Assembly (NCBI GenBank): GCA_963759805.1
Contig: CAVXAT010000008.1
Span: 32,001 to 96,000, forward strand
Direction: 5' to 3'
Length of the DNA: 64,000 nt
From: an uncultured bacterium
GTDB taxonomy: Bacteria > Babelota > Babeliae > Babelales > RVW-14
The notes beneath the pieces are model-generated. The model did not search any database and was not told where the DNA came from. It was given only the letters and a program-made list of their open reading frames with translations. Of the stretch, positions 60,085-64,000 are shown one piece after another; position 1 is the stretch's first letter; each line of letters opens with the position of its first letter. The position numbers and the translations under genes were made by a program.

Positions 60085-63000
60085 CTAATAACTTGGATTG
60101 TAATAGATATAACCTAAATTATCTAACCATGCACCTGACAGTAATTGAACATTCATGTCGCCGCCAACCAATCCATTGCCCAATTCGAATGAGGTTGCTT
60201 GAGTCGTGTTTCCATTAACCGTTACTTTGTTATTAAAGTAAACTGATCCATTTATTAACTGCCAGCCGCTGTCCGGTAACTGTACCGTACACTGATCAAA
60301 GTAAATTCCGGATGTCTGATCTGCCATCTTAATTAAATTACGCTCTGATAAAGTATGACGTCTGGTTAAGCCCGGGCTGTAACTGAACGTAGTGTTTTTA
60401 TCAAAATACAGTGTTGAATGCAATGCTATGTAAGATGTTCCTGTTGAGGCATAACTGAATTGATTTGTGCCTGTCACAAAAACATCATCCTGAACAAACA
60501 GTTGACCTTGTGTGAATGCATAGTCTATGTCAAAACTTGTGCTCATATTTTGCAATGTAAGTTTGCATGTTTCATCCCGCATCTCAATCGGAGTTGACCC
60601 GGCTGCCAGCAAGTTAAGATTTCTTAGCGTTAAAGTTACACCGGTGTCTACTACCAGCCTGGCTCCAGATGCAAATGAAAGATCATTATTCTGACCATCG
60701 AGCACGCCACCTGAAACAACTGTGATTGCAATATTTGTCGGCAAAGTTAAATCTCCGCCAAAAATCATTGCGTTTCCCTGCAAATCAAAATTACCCGACG
60801 ATACAACTGTTGTTTGACTTGCAAGAGTCATGTCGCTGCCCAATGTAAGTGTTCCACCTTGCAGATCAATTGGACCTGATGACATACTTTCGCCCTTCAC
60901 ATTTGTTGAACCGGTAATTGCACCAAGCACCGTAAGTGTTCCGTTATTAACAGATATGAAGTGATCACGCTCAAAATTGATCGCATTGCTGTTATCGTAA
61001 ACGAGCTCACCCGGAGCTTGATCGTAAGTTACAATATTATTGCCTGAGGAGTAAGTTTGCAGATTATAATCTCCAAGTCCTGCACCGGTGATATTTTTAA
61101 TAAGCGAACGATCTTGCCAACCAATAACAGTGTTAGGTGTCATACGAATCTTAGAATTGCTATTTGCAAGTACAAATCGCGCATCATCGTTGCTAAACAT
61201 TGTATAACCAAGAGTGTTATCGTAATTCATCAGCCCGCTGATAGAAACATTTGCACCGGATAACAACTTAACATTAAGATCCTCCGACAATCCTAAAGAA
61301 GAATTACCTAAGATAATAGAGCTGGAGAAAGGCTGTTGTTGACTATCTGCCCCCCAATTTACAGCATATGCTTTTAATACGTAATTTGGATAGCCGGGAC
61401 TTTGATCAATACATAAGACATATTTGCCATCAGGACTTAAGGCCGCTTTTGAACCAGGCAGCCCGCTGCCGCTAGTTCCAACCTCTTCTAATCCGCCAGA
61501 AGGCCCAACCCCTGTTACTTTATAAACTTTAGTAAGATTTGCAAAGGCCCAACCAACAACAACATAACGTCCATCAGGAGTCCAGCCGGCAGGTTCTAAT
61601 AATTCGCCAGTAAATATAGGCATATATCCGGTACCAAGCTCAGCAAACCCACCAGCATTCCCACCTCCTGTAAAGTTGTAAACCTTAAGAGCCGATAATG
61701 CATGCATAAGAACTTTCTTGCCATCAGGGCTCCATTGCGCTCCAGAGGTATCAAAAGTAGATTGGATAAATGCAGTAAATCCCGAACCAATTTCAGCAAG
61801 TCCACCATTTAAAGAAAGACCAGTAAATTTGAATGCCTTTAAATCCGTTTGGCTATGATCATTAGGATCTATAAATGCTACTGCTATGCTTGTACCATCA
61901 CAACTCCACGATACAAAACCAACATTAGCATTTAAACCTAAATTTACATTACCAGCAAAATCATCTTCAAAGCCACCGCTGTTGCCTGCACAGATAAATC
62001 TGAACGTTTTGACTTTGTATGATCCATCACTATTATCTGCAACACCAACAACAACATATTGAGAATCTGGACTCCAATCAATTGATGTGATCGCGCTCAA
62101 GTAGTTAATCATTCCACTGGCAACTTCCTGTAATCCACCTTGATTACCAGAACCAATAAATTTATAAGCTTTGATAACACCGGTAGAACCGGAAAGGCCA
62201 ACACCAATAACCGCCATGTACCTTCCATCCGGACTCCATTTTATTTGTGAAATAGAACTCAACGGATAAGCCATTTGACCTGATCCAATAACTGAAAGTC
62301 CACCCGTTCCAGAAGTAGCCGTAAAGCGATACGTCTGTAATCCGGAGCCTGTGTTAACAACGGCATATCTGCCATCCGCACTCCATGCAGCATATAAGAA
62401 AGCTCCGATCTGTCCTCCGGTAAATACATCAGATAATCCACCTGTTGTTGAGTTTGGACTAACAATACTTGCAATCTGGCTTGAAACCGAAACTTCATTG
62501 TCAAAAATTAACTGGCCTTTTGTTAATCTAAATCCTGTCTGAGTGGTTTGAAGCGTACAGCCATTCAGATATATTTTTGATGTCGCATCATCTAAAGTCA
62601 AAAGAGAGCTTCCAGCAAGCCCAATTGCCCCTGTTGTACATGGTTGATAATCAAAGATAGTTCCAGGGTTGAATATCAACGACCCGCCCGACATGATATA
62701 ACTTTGCGCCGCAGAGCTGTAAACAAATGAACTGGAACCGGTTACATTCATATCATTGTAAACATACATCTGTCCGCGATTTAACCAGAAATTATCTGCA
62801 AGATCAAAATTTACACTATCAAGAACTAGCTTGCTTGACAAAGAAGCTAATTGTATCGATTGATCTGCAGATCCATTGGAGGTATTTCTAAATATCAAAT
62901 TTCTCAGAGTTAAGGTAGCACCGGTGTCAACCATAATCTTAGAATCGTTTCCTAATGTCAGAGAATTACCATTGCCTTCAATGGTAGTATCATTGCCAAT

Positions 63001-64000
63001 ATGCAAGATGTTCCCATCCGGAATCGAAAAATCACCATTTAGATGAAGAGCTTTTCCATTGCCAAGAATATGACCAAAGCCAAATGAACTGGAAAGCGTT
63101 GTTCCCGAATCCATAAACAGATCATTGCTCAACGTCAAAGTTCCTGCAAGAGAAATTTGACCTGACACTTCAAGAGGAGTTCTTAGAGCAAAGGTTATAT
63201 CTGGGTAAATTGCAAAACCATTTTTATACCAAGCGAGAGCATCAATGGTGGTGTTAGTAGAATAAATTTGTTGAGTACCAAATATCTGAATATTGGTCGC
63301 AAGTTTAACAATGGCATTGCTATTGTTTATAACACGCTTATTAAGATAAACCGCTGCATTGCTGGTCTGTTTAATCCAGGAAACAATCGCATTACTGTTG
63401 TGAATTGAGAGTTCACCGGTTATCTGGTTTAAGTATATGATAGCGTTACTATTGTTTCTGATGCCAAAGAGTAATGCGTTGCTGTTGTTCTTAATTCCAT
63501 ACAATAATGCATTACTGTCGGTTCTTACTCTTGTACTCAAGTAATTTGCTGCATTGCTTGTTACTCTGAGCAAGTTACTGTTTCCTCGCTCCACACCGCT
63601 GAGCCATGCTATTGAGTTACTTGTCATTCTACTCAAATAAGCTATTGAATTACTACTCGTCCTACTTAAATATGCTATCGAGTTGCTACTCATTCTGCTT
63701 AAATATGCTTCTGAATTACTTGTCGTTCTTCGTAAATAAACTAATGCATTGCTTGTTACTCTGAGCAAGTTACTGTTACCTCGTTCGACTCCACTCAGCC
63801 ATGCTATTGAGTTACTTGTCATTCTACTCAAATAAGCTATTGAATTACTACTCGTCCTACTTAAATATGCAATAGAGTTGCTGCTCATTCTGCTTAGATA
63901 TGCCATGGAATTGCTTGTTGTTCTGTTTAGATAAACTAATGCATTGCTTGTTACTCTGAGCAAGTTACTGTTTCCTCGCTCCACACCGCTGAGCCATGCT
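60085..64000 (-). CDS. Large SN-hendecad-repeat / beta-helix / 7-blade beta-propeller protein (5' end outside the window)
   Basis: SN repeats; two beta-helix-like domains similar to the 41481-43970 C-domain; seven (W/L)(S/T)xDG/S blades; frame open to the window edge. Confidence 0.75.
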   Translation of the reverse strand, partial: AWLSGVERGNSNLLRVTSNALVYLNRTTSNSMAYLSRMSSNSIAYLSRTSSNSIAYLSRMTSNSIAWLSGVERGNSNLLRVTSNALVYLRRTTSNSEAYLSRMSSNSIAYLSRTSSNSIAYLSRMTSNSIAWLSGVERGNSNLLRVTSNAANYLSTRVRTDSNALLYGIKNNSNALLFGIRNNSNAIIYLNQITGELSIHNSNAIVSWIKQTSNAAVYLNKRVINNSNAIVKLATNIQIFGTQQIYSTNTTIDALAWYKNGFAIYPDITFALRTPLEVSGQISLAGTLTLSNDLFMDSGTTLSSSFGFGHILGNGKALHLNGDFSIPDGNILHIGNDTTIEGNGNSLTLGNDSKIMVDTGATLTLRNLIFRNTSNGSADQSIQLASLSSKLVLDSVNFDLADNFWLNRGQMYVYNDMNVTGSSSFVYSSAAQSYIMSGGSLIFNPGTIFDYQPCTTGAIGLAGSSLLTLDDATSKIYLNGCTLQTTQTGFRLTKGQLIFDNEVSVSSQIASIVSPNSTTGGLSDVFTGGQIGAFLYAAWSADGRYAVVNTGSGLQTYRFTATSGTGGLSVIGSGQMAYPLSSISQIKWSPDGRYMAVIGVGLSGSTGVIKAYKFIGSGNQGGLQEVASGMINYLSAITSIDWSPDSQYVVVGVADNSDGSYKVKTFRFICAGNSGGFEDDFAGNVNLGLNANVGFVSWSCDGTSIAVAFIDPNDHSQTDLKAFKFTGLSLNGGLAEIGSGFTAFIQSTFDTSGAQWSPDGKKVLMHALSALKVYNFTGGGNAGGFAELGTGYMPIFTGELLEPAGWTPDGRYVVVGWAFANLTKVYKVTGVGPSGGLEEVGTSGSGLPGSKAALSPDGKYVLCIDQSPGYPNYVLKAYAVNWGADSQQQPFSSSIILGNSSLGLSEDLNVKLLSGANVSISGLMNYDNTLGYTMFSNDDARFVLANSNSKIRMTPNTVIGWQDRSLIKNITGAGLGDYNLQTYSSGNNIVTYDQAPGELVYDNSNAINFERDHFISVNNGTLTVLGAITGSTNVKGESMSSGPIDLQGGTLTLGSDMTLASQTTVVSSGNFDLQGNAMIFGGDLTLPTNIAITVVSGGVLDGQNNDLSFASGARLVVDTGVTLTLRNLNLLAAGSTPIEMRDETCKLTLQNMSTSFDIDYAFTQGQLFVQDDVFVTGTNQFSYASTGTSYIALHSTLYFDKNTTFSYSPGLTRRHTLSERNLIKMADQTSGIYFDQCTVQLPDSGWQLINGSVYFNNKVTVNGNTTQATSFELGNGLVGGDMNVQLLSGAWLDNLGYIYYNPSY
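63551..64000 (-). repeat. Intragenic 195-nt (65-aa) tandem repeat
   Basis: GCATTGCTTGTTACTCTGAGCAAGTTACTGTT at 63551, 63746, 63941. Confidence 0.9.

Overview
AT-rich bacterial chromosomal window. The Ser-Asn-repeat/beta-helix proteins and overall gene set suggest Candidatus Babeliae (Dependentiae/TM6); this is an inference, not a tested assignment. (1) 1-41.4 kb is a large surface-glycan region. It holds GT2/GT4 glycosyltransferases, five paralogous multi-TM GT-C-like proteins, a pseudaminic-acid pathway (pseB, pseC, pseH, pseI, pseF, a Pse-associated methylase, an N-acetyl-sugar amidotransferase with HisH/HisF partners, and no pseG), gmd-fcl, a UDP-GlcA decarboxylase, an MBOAT+SGNH acylation pair and an ABC flippase. 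It is interrupted by a Fic/AAA+ pair and an AAA-PD-(D/E)XK gene. (2) 41.5-64 kb holds two 'SN' hendecad-repeat fibre-like proteins and housekeeping genes (CYTH cyclase, trxA, amrB-amrA fusion, flavoprotein reductase, ruvX, polA, rpmA, secF, rho, tsaD). The most striking unexplained structure is a hierarchy of nested non-autonomous palindromic elements. Four 19-bp-TIR 'shells' carry REP doublets. These REPs are interrupted by ~30-bp GC hairpin units and by a second TIR element with a 13-bp target duplication. The same units sit in frame inside two protein-coding genes. Other highlights are a near-identical 77-nt module shared between the two fibre genes and an endonuclease-IV-fold gene in the position where PseG is missing. 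Several frameshifts, including in secF, look like single-base sequencing errors. No rRNA, tRNA or CRISPR array was seen.
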